This document shows, piece after piece, positions 6,817-14,542 of a stretch of DNA of 15,682 bases; position 1 is the first letter of the stretch; each line of letters opens with the position of its first letter. The notes under the pieces are model-generated. The model was not told the DNA's origin. It was given only the letters and a program-made list of their open reading frames with translations, and did no database searches. The stretch is from Gemmatales bacterium (GTDB lineage Bacteria; Planctomycetota; Planctomycetia; Gemmatales; Gemmataceae): the NCBI GenBank assembly GCA_038217425.1, contig JBBQPM010000165.1, forward strand, positions 1 to 15,682. The letters are read 5' to 3'. The translations under genes were made by a program, and so were the position numbers.

Positions 6817-8862
6817 ATGGATGCCGGTCGACGTCTGGAAGAAACCTACGAGCAGATGCTGCGCGAGAAGCTGCCCAACCTGTTTCGGCTCTACCTGAAT
6901 CCGTACGTCGTCGGGACGTGCCTGTGCCTGGAACGCATGATTCACATTTCCTGGCAGACGTCGGAGCCGTACCAGTCGTTCCTGGCGAACAGCTTCGACG
7001 AGGCGCTCAGCGGGGCGATCAAGCTGGCACGTTACGCCGCCAGCGTGACCGGCAAGCCGAGCCAGGGACTGGTGATCGACCGCGAGAACCGACTGGAATC
7101 GTTCGCGTCGTCCGGGGACGTGGTGTTTCTGCCGGGACTCACGATCGTCCGCAGCGCGGCATCGGCGGATGCGTCGTTCGGCTTCGTCGTCGAGGTCGGC
7201 TCCGAACCCGTCGCGACGTCGGCGCTGCGCGTCGTCTGCACCGATCGTGCGGCACTCGTCCATCGGCGGACGCAGCCGTCGGCTTCTCCAGATATCGTCG
7301 TGTTCGACGAATCGTTCGTGTGCCGCGACGTTCCGTTCGGCGCCTTCGCGGCCCGCAAGAGTCTTTACGATCACTGGAATCGGCCCGGGAAATCGACCTT
7401 TCACTCGACCACGTTTCAGCCCAACACCGTCTCGACGCTGCACTTCATGAGCTGCCTCGAGCGCGACGACCCGGAGTGTTACGCCCAGATCGCCGCCGAT
7501 CTTCGGCGTCTCGAGGACGATCCAGCGCTTCGGCTAAAACTCTTACGGCGACTCTACAGCCCGTCCCTCGCCAACGCCATCGCGGCGACGGGATGCGACA
7601 CGCCCGATGTCCGCGCCGAAGGGCACTACGTGTTCGTCGACGGCCGCAAGATCTTCGACGGCGTGGGCGGAGTCGCCTGCAGCGTGCGCGGACACAACCC
7701 GCCGACGTATGCCGAGGAAATCGCCGATCTCGCCGACGTCGATTGTGCCGGGGAACTAAAGGCGAGGCTGCACGCGTCGACCGGATTGCCGAACCTGCTC
7801 CCCGCGGTCAGCGGCGCCAGCGCGGTCGAGAACGCGCTCAAGCTCGTCCTGGTCGCGCAGTCCCCGCGCAAACACGTTCTCGCGCTCAAGTCGGGCTTCG
7901 GCGGCAAGACCTTGCTGGCGCTCGCGGGCACCTGGAATTCCTCGTACAAACAACATCTCGACCCGCTCTACGCCGAGGTGCTCTACGTCGATCCGTTCGC
8001 CGACGACGCCGTCATGCAGATCGAGGCGATTCTGCGGACCACGCCCGTCGCGGTCGTGCACATGGAGTTGATCCAGGGCGTGGGGGGCGTGCGCCGCGTG
8101 CCGGAAGCGATCGTGCGCCATCTCGATGCGGCCCGGCCGAGCCATGGATTTTTACTGCTCATCGACGAAGTTCAAACGGGCATGTTCCGCACCGGGCCGT
8201 TCACGCTTTCCCGCGCCATGGGAGTGACGCCCGATCTGCTCGCCATCGGCAAGGCCGTCTCCGACATGATGATTCCGTTCGCCGTCACGCTCTACTCGCA
8301 GCAACTTCAGCAAAAGCTGACGCAGCTCGGCTCGACGTTGCCGGAATGCATTCGCGATCGGTATTCGTATCCGATCGCATATCAGACGGCGCTGAACGCC
8401 CTTCGCTTCGCGGAGAAAACGGGATTGGCCGAGCGCGTGGCAGAATCGGGCGCGGCGTTCGCCCGACGGCTCGTGGAGGAACTGGCGACGTGCAAAGCCG
8501 TCCGCGCCGTCCGAGTCTTCGGGCTTTTGATCGGCATCGAACTCGACGCGTCGCGCTGGCCGCAGCGCTGGTTTGCGAAACGCCTCTTCTGGTTCTATCT
8601 GTCCGCGATGTTGCAGCATCCGCGCTTCCCGGTCCTCGTCGGTTTCTGCCAGTATGAACCGAACGTCCTCAAGATCACGCCGCCGCTCACCACCGATGCG
8701 GACGAGATTCGGCAGATCTGCGCGACGATCGGCGACGTCTTACGGCGACCGTTCTATCGTCTCTTGATTTCCGCCGTCGGCGGAATGTGGAAGTCGTTCG
8801 GTCTAGGGAGGAAGAAACATGCAGTCCCTGAAAGCCCAGCCCCTCAGCCTGTTTCGCATTGA
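6817..8862 (+). CDS. Class-III PLP-dependent aminotransferase with duplicated domain: degenerate N-terminal copy plus intact C-terminal copy
   Basis: C-terminal domain: 'YVFVDGRKIFDGVGG...GHNPP', 'SGASAVENALKL', 'LLLIDEVQTGMFRTG', 'PDLLAIGKAVSDMMIPFAV' (Lys codon 8251-8253). N-terminal half: 'FLANSFDEALSGAIKLARYA' and 'PDIVVFDESFVCRDVPFGAFAARKSLYDHWNRPGKSTFHSTTFQPN' align with the same family but have Glu (codon 7309-7311) in place of the Lys. AGGAGAG RBS at 6802-6808. GTG 6811 is an alternative start. Confidence 0.82.
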   Translation: MDAGRRLEETYEQMLREKLPNLFRLYLNPYVVGTCLCLERMIHISWQTSEPYQSFLANSFDEALSGAIKLARYAASVTGKPSQGLVIDRENRLESFASSGDVVFLPGLTIVRSAASADASFGFVVEVGSEPVATSALRVVCTDRAALVHRRTQPSASPDIVVFDESFVCRDVPFGAFAARKSLYDHWNRPGKSTFHSTTFQPNTVSTLHFMSCLERDDPECYAQIAADLRRLEDDPALRLKLLRRLYSPSLANAIAATGCDTPDVRAEGHYVFVDGRKIFDGVGGVACSVRGHNPPTYAEEIADLADVDCAGELKARLHASTGLPNLLPAVSGASAVENALKLVLVAQSPRKHVLALKSGFGGKTLLALAGTWNSSYKQHLDPLYAEVLYVDPFADDAVMQIEAILRTTPVAVVHMELIQGVGGVRRVPEAIVRHLDAARPSHGFLLLIDEVQTGMFRTGPFTLSRAMGVTPDLLAIGKAVSDMMIPFAVTLYSQQLQQKLTQLGSTLPECIRDRYSYPIAYQTALNALRFAEKTGLAERVAESGAAFARRLVEELATCKAVRAVRVFGLLIGIELDASRWPQRWFAKRLFWFYLSAMLQHPRFPVLVGFCQYEPNVLKITPPLTTDADEIRQICATIGDVLRRPFYRLLISAVGGMWKSFGLGRKKHAVPESPAPQPVSH

Positions 8863-9370
8863 GTTCGACGAACTCTACGCCCGCCATCTGTGCCGGCATT
8901 CGCAGCGGGGCATCAACGCCATTCACCTCGCCGCGCTCTTCGGCATCTGGTACGCGGTCTACGGGTTGCTCCACTGGGCCGTCGGCCTCGACGGGGTGCT
9001 CGCAGTCCCGGCGCTTTCGTATCTCTTGATCCTGGCGCCGAATGTGCCGCTCCGCGTCCTCGTGGCGATGGCGTTTTTTCTCGGCGTCCTCATCGCGGCG
9101 GTGCTGCTGCTCCCGGCGCCGTGGTGGGCGTACCTCCTCATGATCCCGGCGCTTGCCAAAATCCAGTCGTGGAGCCATCGCTTCTACACGGCCACGCGCG
9201 ACATGACGGAGTTCAACCGGAAGTACGTCAAGGGGCGGGTGCTCTTCGTGGTGCTCTTGATATACGAGGTGCCGATCGTGCTCAACCTTCTTTTGTGCCC
9301 GCGTGAACTGCCCGCGGTTTTCGGCGCCGAGCGGTCGAGCGAAACATCGAGACCAGCATGTTCGTCGTGA
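8819..9370 (+). CDS. Small integral membrane protein (about 4 TM), possibly DUF962/Mpo1-like
   Basis: Strong RBS (AGGGAGGA) directly upstream of ATG 8819, inside the 3' end of the aminotransferase gene. Several hydrophobic segments. 'H..RGINAIHLAALFGIWYAV' and 'IQSWSHRFYTATRDMTEFNRKY' only loosely recall the His-rich pattern of Mpo1-like proteins. Confidence 0.65.
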   Translation: MQSLKAQPLSLFRIEFDELYARHLCRHSQRGINAIHLAALFGIWYAVYGLLHWAVGLDGVLAVPALSYLLILAPNVPLRVLVAMAFFLGVLIAAVLLLPAPWWAYLLMIPALAKIQSWSHRFYTATRDMTEFNRKYVKGRVLFVVLLIYEVPIVLNLLLCPRELPAVFGAERSSETSRPACSS

Positions 9371-10529
9371 AGCGGGCGATGCTTTCGCCCCACGCCGGCC
9401 TTGGCGCCGAGTGCTCGATCGCCTGCAGGTACGCCTCGCGCACCCGGCCGATCGAGTGTTCCCAGTTCCGCGCTTCGATGGTCTGCCGGGCGGCGGCGCC
9501 GATGCGGGCACGGGTTTCGGGCTCCTTCAGGATGGTGCGCGTCCAGCGGACCGCGTCGTCCGTGTCTTGCGGTCGGTAGAGGTAGCCGGACTCGGCATGG
9601 GTTAGCAGATTCGGAATGCCGCCGGCCTGCGGCGCGACCACGGCACAGCCGGTCGCCATCGCCTCGAGCACCACGTTGCCCATCGTCTCTGTTTCCGACG
9701 CGTAGAGAAACGCATCGGCCGAGGCGTACGCGGCGGCCAACTCTTCCCCCTTCAGGTATCCGAAGAAGTTGGTGTCCGTCCCCTCGAAGCGGCGCTCCAG
9801 GTTCGCACGGGTCGGGCCGTCCCCCACGATCGCCAAGGTACATTCGGGAAACGCGCGCATCACGTTCGCCAGGAAGCCGACGTTCTTCTCGGGCGCCAGA
9901 CGCGAGACCGTGAGCAAGAGCGGACGCTCGGGTCGCCCGTGCGTCAGGCGATTCCGCATCGCGGCGCTTTGGCGCTTCGGATGAAAGAGATCGCTGTCGA
10001 CGGCCGGGGGCCAAAGCTCGACGCGTTCGAAGCCCCGGCTCTTCAGATCTTCCTGCATGATGGGCGAGACGGTGAGGTTTACGTCGGCGCGATTGTGGTA
10101 GTTGCGCATCAGCCACCAGATCAGCGCCGAGAGGGGCCGCAGCGCCTGGTAGCCCTTCACGAACTCGCCGTACAGCGTGTGGAAGGAGAAGACGCTCGGC
10201 ACGTTCATCCCGGACTGACGCAGGAGATCGTTGACGCGAAAGCCGAACGCGAAGGGGTTGACGTAGTGCAGCACGTCGGGACGAAACGCGCGGAGCTTCG
10301 CCGCCAGGCTGCGGTCGGGCAGGCCGATGCGATATTCGGGGTAGAGCGGAAACGAAAAGCTCGGCACCGGCAGCACGGGTATGTCGCAGCGCTCGCATCC
10401 GGGCGCCTGGGGACAGACGACGAGGAGTTCATCGCCGTGCTGGGGGAGTTGGCGAATGAGATGGAGCGTGCGATTGACGACGCCGTCGATCTTGGGCAGG
10501 AAGACTTCGGAGATGATGGCGACTTTCAT
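9282..10529 (-). CDS. GT4-family glycosyltransferase, SQD2/MgtA-like
   Basis: 'MKVAIISEVFLPKIDGVVNRTLHLIRQL', 'VLHYVNPFAFG', 'LELWPPAVDSDLFHPKR..AMRNRLT..RPERPLLLTVSRLAPEKNVGFL', 'LAIVGDGPTRANLERRF', 'SETETMGNVVLEAMATGCAVVAPQAGGIPNLL' (GT4 E-x7-E region). AGGAG-like RBS on the minus strand just upstream of ATG 10529. Confidence 0.9.
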   Translation of the reverse strand: MKVAIISEVFLPKIDGVVNRTLHLIRQLPQHGDELLVVCPQAPGCERCDIPVLPVPSFSFPLYPEYRIGLPDRSLAAKLRAFRPDVLHYVNPFAFGFRVNDLLRQSGMNVPSVFSFHTLYGEFVKGYQALRPLSALIWWLMRNYHNRADVNLTVSPIMQEDLKSRGFERVELWPPAVDSDLFHPKRQSAAMRNRLTHGRPERPLLLTVSRLAPEKNVGFLANVMRAFPECTLAIVGDGPTRANLERRFEGTDTNFFGYLKGEELAAAYASADAFLYASETETMGNVVLEAMATGCAVVAPQAGGIPNLLTHAESGYLYRPQDTDDAVRWTRTILKEPETRARIGAAARQTIEARNWEHSIGRVREAYLQAIEHSAPRPAWGESIARFTTNMLVSMFRSTARRRKPRAVHAGTKEG

Positions 10530-10541
10530 GGCGCTCCTGGG

Positions 10542-11381
10542 TCAGGGGGCGATTTTCTGGGCGAGATGGATTTCGATGCTGTGATGATCTTCCAGAGGGA
10601 ACAAGAAGCGATTGAGTGCGAAGCGCGTGAAGGCGCCGGCTTGGTGCAGGCCGATCGCTTCGATGAAGGGGGTGAGCCAGCCGCCGTAGTAGGCGAACTC
10701 GAGGAATTCGTCGACGTTGCGGAAGCGCAGTTTCGGCTCGAAGGTTTCGGATTGGCGGATCGCGAAGTTGTTTTGTTTGAGGGTGTCGACGACTTCCTGC
10801 CGATTCGCGGGGCTCATGACCATGCTCTCGACGTCGAGTTTGGGCCCGCGGAAAAGGAACTTGAGGAGTTTGCTGTCGGCCTTGGCCTGGAGTTTGGGGT
10901 AGGAACGTTTGGTCGCGCCGAGGTAGGACCAGTAGCCGCCGACGGCGAGTCGGCTCCAGACTTTGGGCGCCAGGATGCTCAAGGGGACGAAGCCGCTGAT
11001 AAAATGGGTGCAGATGAGATCGAACGATTGATCGCGGAAATGGGCGTCGAGATTGGCGGCGGTGTCGACGGTGCCGACGAGATCGGGAAACTTGCGGTAG
11101 GCGCAGTCGATCATCTTGGGCGAGAGGTCGAGGCCGAAGGGTTGGATCTGATCGTCGGCGAGGGCTTTGAGGCGGGTGAGGAACATGCCGGTGCCCATGC
11201 CGACGTCGTAGACGGAGAGCCGGGTCGAGCCGTCGCCGAGGAGTCGCTGTTTGCGGATTTGGGCGACGGCGCGGTCAAGGGTGTCGCCGTTGACGGATTG
11301 GGGATCGAGGTCGTAGCGGGAGGCGATGACTTCGTCGTACTGACGCTGAATGGCGCTGGTCGTCATGGGGAAGGTTTCCAT
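10542..11381 (-). CDS. Class I SAM-dependent methyltransferase
   Basis: 'LSVYDVGMGTGMFLTRLKAL' (motif I), 'IQPFGLDLSPKMIDCAYRKFP', 'FRDQSFDLICTHFISGFV'. The start is uncertain: the ORF extends to a TTG at 11411, with ATGs at 11381 and 11366. Confidence 0.8.
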   Translation of the reverse strand: METFPMTTSAIQRQYDEVIASRYDLDPQSVNGDTLDRAVAQIRKQRLLGDGSTRLSVYDVGMGTGMFLTRLKALADDQIQPFGLDLSPKMIDCAYRKFPDLVGTVDTAANLDAHFRDQSFDLICTHFISGFVPLSILAPKVWSRLAVGGYWSYLGATKRSYPKLQAKADSKLLKFLFRGPKLDVESMVMSPANRQEVVDTLKQNNFAIRQSETFEPKLRFRNVDEFLEFAYYGGWLTPFIEAIGLHQAGAFTRFALNRFLFPLEDHHSIEIHLAQKIAP

Positions 11382-11480
11382 CGGGGTTGGCTCGGACTGA
11401 CCCTGGGTCAATAAACGAAAGAGGCGCGAGCATTGAATGAAGACGCGAGGGGGATTGCGTCAAGTTAGGTTGAAGGGATC

Positions 11481-11509
11481 TTCACATCGCGACCGGTCGA
11501 GTCTACAAT
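11481..11509 (+). promoter_or_regulatory. Putative sigma-70 promoter TTCACA-N17-TACAAT for the Kelch gene
   Basis: -35 TTCACA at 11481-11486 (5/6 consensus), 17-nt spacer, and -10 TACAAT at 11504-11509 (5/6). It lies in the divergent intergenic region about 95 nt upstream of the start. Confidence 0.45.
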
Positions 11510-11602
11510 TACCGAGTTCCAGTTGAGCATGCTCCGCCATCGCATCCAGGCCCTTCTTCCGCGTATGCAATGCAGCTCAAATACCGAAGCCTACCTGGGG
11601 AG

Positions 11603-12598
11603 ATGCGGATGCGAATGGCAACTTGTTTGATGGCGTGGATGCTGGCGAGCGTCGGTTGGAGTGCGGAGGGGAAAGCAGTCTACCCGCCGCTCCCGGAAAG
11701 CTTCTCCAGTTTCGGCGCCGCCGTCTCGGACGGATTCGTCTACGTTTACGGCGGGCACGTGGCCAAGACCCACGTCTATTCCACCGAGGCGGTCACGGGG
11801 AAGTTTCGCAGGTTGCGCCTGGCCGATCCCGCCAAGGGCTGGGAAGAACTCCCCGCCGGGCCCCCCCTTCAGGGACTGGCGCTGGTGGCGCACGCCGGCA
11901 AGATCTATCGCATCGGCGGCATGCATCCGCGCAACAAGCCCGACGAAAAAGCCGACAACCACTCCGTCGCCAGTTGCGACGTTTTCGATCCCAAGACAAA
12001 GCAATGGCAGGCGCTGCCCGACCTCCCCGCGGCCCGGTCGTCGCACGATGCCGTCGTGGTCGGCGATCAGCTCCTCGTCGTCGGCGGCTGGAATCTGAAA
12101 GGTCGCGGCAACGGCTACCACTACGACGAGCACGCCCTGGTTCTCGATCTCTCCCAGAAGAAACTGCACTGGGACACGATCCCACAACCCTTCAAACGAA
12201 GGGCGCTGCAGACCGCCGTGTTCGACGCCAAGGTCTACGTCTTCGGCGGCATGGACGACGAGAACACCATCGAACTCGCCGTCGACGTCCTCGATCCCAA
12301 GACCAAGAAATGGTCGTCGGCTCCCGCGATCCCGGGCGCACGCCGAAATGGCTTTTCCCCCGCGGCTTGCGTCAGCGACGGCAAGCTATACCTCAGCCCG
12401 CCCAACGGGATCGTGTATCGGCTCACCGAAAAGAAGGACCGCTGGGAGGAAGTCGGCGCCCTCCAAAAGCCCCGCCTCGTGCACCGCATGGTGCCCGCCG
12501 GGGAGAACCGGCTGTTGGTCCTGGGAGGCGCCTCCGGACCCGAAAACATCGCCGCCGTCGAGGCGATCGAACCCAAAGTCCAGCCCAAGAAAGATTGA
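11603..12598 (+). CDS. Secreted Kelch-repeat beta-propeller protein
   Basis: N-terminal signal-like 'MATCLMAWMLASVGWSAEG'. Repeated Kelch blades such as 'YVYGGH...', 'AARSSHDAVVVGDQLLVVGGWNL', 'ALQTAVFDAKVYVFGGMDDENT', 'RLLVLGGASGPENIAAVEAI'. Candidate ATGs are 11603, 11609 and 11615. Confidence 0.85.
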   Translation: MRMRMATCLMAWMLASVGWSAEGKAVYPPLPESFSSFGAAVSDGFVYVYGGHVAKTHVYSTEAVTGKFRRLRLADPAKGWEELPAGPPLQGLALVAHAGKIYRIGGMHPRNKPDEKADNHSVASCDVFDPKTKQWQALPDLPAARSSHDAVVVGDQLLVVGGWNLKGRGNGYHYDEHALVLDLSQKKLHWDTIPQPFKRRALQTAVFDAKVYVFGGMDDENTIELAVDVLDPKTKKWSSAPAIPGARRNGFSPAACVSDGKLYLSPPNGIVYRLTEKKDRWEEVGALQKPRLVHRMVPAGENRLLVLGGASGPENIAAVEAIEPKVQPKKD

Positions 12599-12612
12599 CA
12601 GTTCCCGTCACG

Positions 12613-14088
12613 CTACGGATCTTGTTCTACGACCGGCGGCGGGGGAGCAGCCATGCGGCGGGACGGCTCGTTCCATAAGCGGAAGCCAATGTCTTCAGCC
12701 GGCGCAATTGCAGGCGCAACATACCACGCCGCTTTCCCCAACGGCTCGCGGACGATGGCGCCTTGGTCGTCGTTTTCATCGATGCCGATGGAATAGACGA
12801 CGATGCCCTCCGCCTCCTCGCGATACCGCAAGGGTTGCCCGTCCACGGGATCGACGGGCAACGCAGGGAGCAGCTTCTCGGCAACCAGCACCTCCAGCGT
12901 CTTCGGCCAGCGCTTGTGCTCGAGCCGATACCGTTCGCAGGCGAGCGCCACGAGCGTCGTTCGCAGCACTGCCTGACTGCGGAGTTCATAGGCATGAATC
13001 CTCACGCAAAACGAAAAGGAGGCCCCGTCGAGCGGATCGCGTGCTTTGCCGTCGGTATGATCATGAAGTTCCTGCAGCTTGGCCTTCTGCTGGTGCAGCG
13101 GCAGTTTCGCAATTTCGATCAGCCGATTCGTGAAGCGAAGATGGGCCGGGTAGTACTTCAGTACCAACTTCGGAAACTCCTCATGGATCCAATCTCCCAG
13201 CGTCATGTTGTCTCGGGCGGCGAACCATTTACGCGGCACGGGATGCTGGGTCACCTTGCCATTGCGAATATTCTCAAAGCAGTGGTGAAACCCCGCCCGC
13301 TCTCCTTTGAGCGTGCCGATCCAGTTGCTTTCTTCAATCTCGCGCGCCACCAACATTTGTAAGGTGAGCAGGCTCTCCTTGGACGGACTTCCCTGGGCGA
13401 GGATGCGCTCGGCCGTTTCTGCAAACTTGCGGTGATTGCCCATACGACTCAAATGGGAACCCAGAAAGCGATCGTCCCCGATCGTCCGTCCGATGTTCAG
13501 AATCGCCCGACAGTTGCCCAGCGCCTCAGCGCAGCGATTCTGCTGGGCCAAAAGATAGGCGTCATGAAGCAGCCATTCCGAGATCGAACGAGCCGCATCA
13601 TGAGCCGGCATCTGCGTCCAGATATAATCGGCACTGAACTCGATGGCAAAGCGGCCGTGCGGCATGTCCTTCAGCTTGCGAGCTTCGGCGATTGCCGCCG
13701 GCGCGCTGTAGAGTCGGCTCCGGATCAGGTCGATTTGCTGCAAGTTCATCCGCTGGGTCGGCTTCAACGCGGCGAAGATCTTGTCGTAATCCGCCGCCGT
13801 CGAGACGCACAACTTGGGCGCTTTGCTGTGCGCCCGGAGGATCTGCAAAGCGGCGTTGTCCGCATCGAGAATCGGCGGGCGATCGGCTTCGAGTTCGGCG
13901 AGCCGCCAGCGCGGTTCCAGGGCGTCGGTTTCCGCCTCGGCGCAACTCCAGTCGTGGTCGAGGGCGATTCCGAGTAGGTCCAACACGCACAGAATCACAC
14001 ATCCCGTGACGACGACGCAGATGAGTCCGACCAGCCACCAGCGCCGCCTGGGCCTCGACGACGTGACGGGAGTCGATTGCGTGTTCAT
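12613..14088 (-). CDS. Hypothetical membrane-anchored protein (planctomycete-type, pseudopilin-like C-terminal region)
   Basis: From ATG 14088: N-terminal TM 'WWLVGLICVVVTGCVILCVLDLLGIAL'. C-terminal 'LACERYRLEHKRWPKTLEVLVAEKLLPALPVDPVDGQPLRYREEAEGIVVYSIGIDENDDQGA' is a pattern seen in many planctomycete hypotheticals. The provided ORF is open to 14298, but the upstream extension is not convincing. Confidence 0.75.
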   Translation of the reverse strand: MNTQSTPVTSSRPRRRWWLVGLICVVVTGCVILCVLDLLGIALDHDWSCAEAETDALEPRWRLAELEADRPPILDADNAALQILRAHSKAPKLCVSTAADYDKIFAALKPTQRMNLQQIDLIRSRLYSAPAAIAEARKLKDMPHGRFAIEFSADYIWTQMPAHDAARSISEWLLHDAYLLAQQNRCAEALGNCRAILNIGRTIGDDRFLGSHLSRMGNHRKFAETAERILAQGSPSKESLLTLQMLVAREIEESNWIGTLKGERAGFHHCFENIRNGKVTQHPVPRKWFAARDNMTLGDWIHEEFPKLVLKYYPAHLRFTNRLIEIAKLPLHQQKAKLQELHDHTDGKARDPLDGASFSFCVRIHAYELRSQAVLRTTLVALACERYRLEHKRWPKTLEVLVAEKLLPALPVDPVDGQPLRYREEAEGIVVYSIGIDENDDQGAIVREPLGKAAWYVAPAIAPAEDIGFRLWNEPSRRMAAPPPPVVEQDP

Positions 14089-14493
14089 GGAACCAGCATA
14101 CCGTGCCGCCAGGTCAATTCCAAGCGTCTCATTTTCGAAGGTCCACGGCATAACCTTCGCGCGAGGACACTGGTACATAAACGTCACGATCTTGCCCCGG
14201 AAGTATAGTTTCCTCTGCCCCTGCCGGGGCAGTCGAATTTCGTCGTGCATCCACGGGTTGCGCTGCGCTCCACCCGTGGCTACCTTCCGCCGCCCCATCC
14301 GGGGCGAAAGTCACTTTTTCCAGCTCAGTCTGTAAGATCCCCGACGACGCCTGGTATTCCCTTCTGAGCGGAACGGGATCGACCCGAATGATCCGCCGGC
14401 CCATCCGAGGCGTACCATGATCCTGACCGCTTTTTCGCTCACGGAGGTTCGGATTAGAACGGATTGCGCTTATCTTGCAACCGTTCCGGCGAG

Positions 14494-14516
14494 CCGGGAC
14501 GCGTCAGCGCCCGGAG
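14494..14516 (+). repeat. CGCGTCAG-core intergenic repeat, copy 1 (CCGGGACGCGTCAGCGCCCGGAG)
   Basis: Read directly. Internal CCGGG/CCCGG symmetry. It is an inverted partner to 14543-14565, with 17 of 23 positions matching in my hand alignment. Confidence 0.5.
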
Positions 14517-14542
14517 CACAGGTGGATTGCAAGCGCACTCGC

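Noticed and set aside
5271-6818. 515-aa minus-strand ORF mirroring the FAD oxidase gene almost exactly
   Set aside because: Identical length is a consequence of frame geometry in GC-rich DNA. Its translation has no recognisable family, and the plus-strand frame fits the operon and has FAD-binding-like motifs.
6918-8657. 579-aa plus-strand ORF inside the aminotransferase gene
   Set aside because: Arg/Gly-rich shadow frame without motifs. The 683-aa frame has DEVQTG and Lys motifs.
9939-11414. 491-aa plus-strand ORF opposite the methyltransferase and glycosyltransferase
   Set aside because: Spans two well-supported minus-strand genes and has an antisense-like composition (Glu/Ala/Gly/Val-rich) with no motif.
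14089-14298. 70-aa N-terminal extension of the minus-strand hypothetical protein
   Set aside because: A typical N-terminal TM anchor begins a few residues after ATG 14088. The extension would put the TM internally and has no family-like features.
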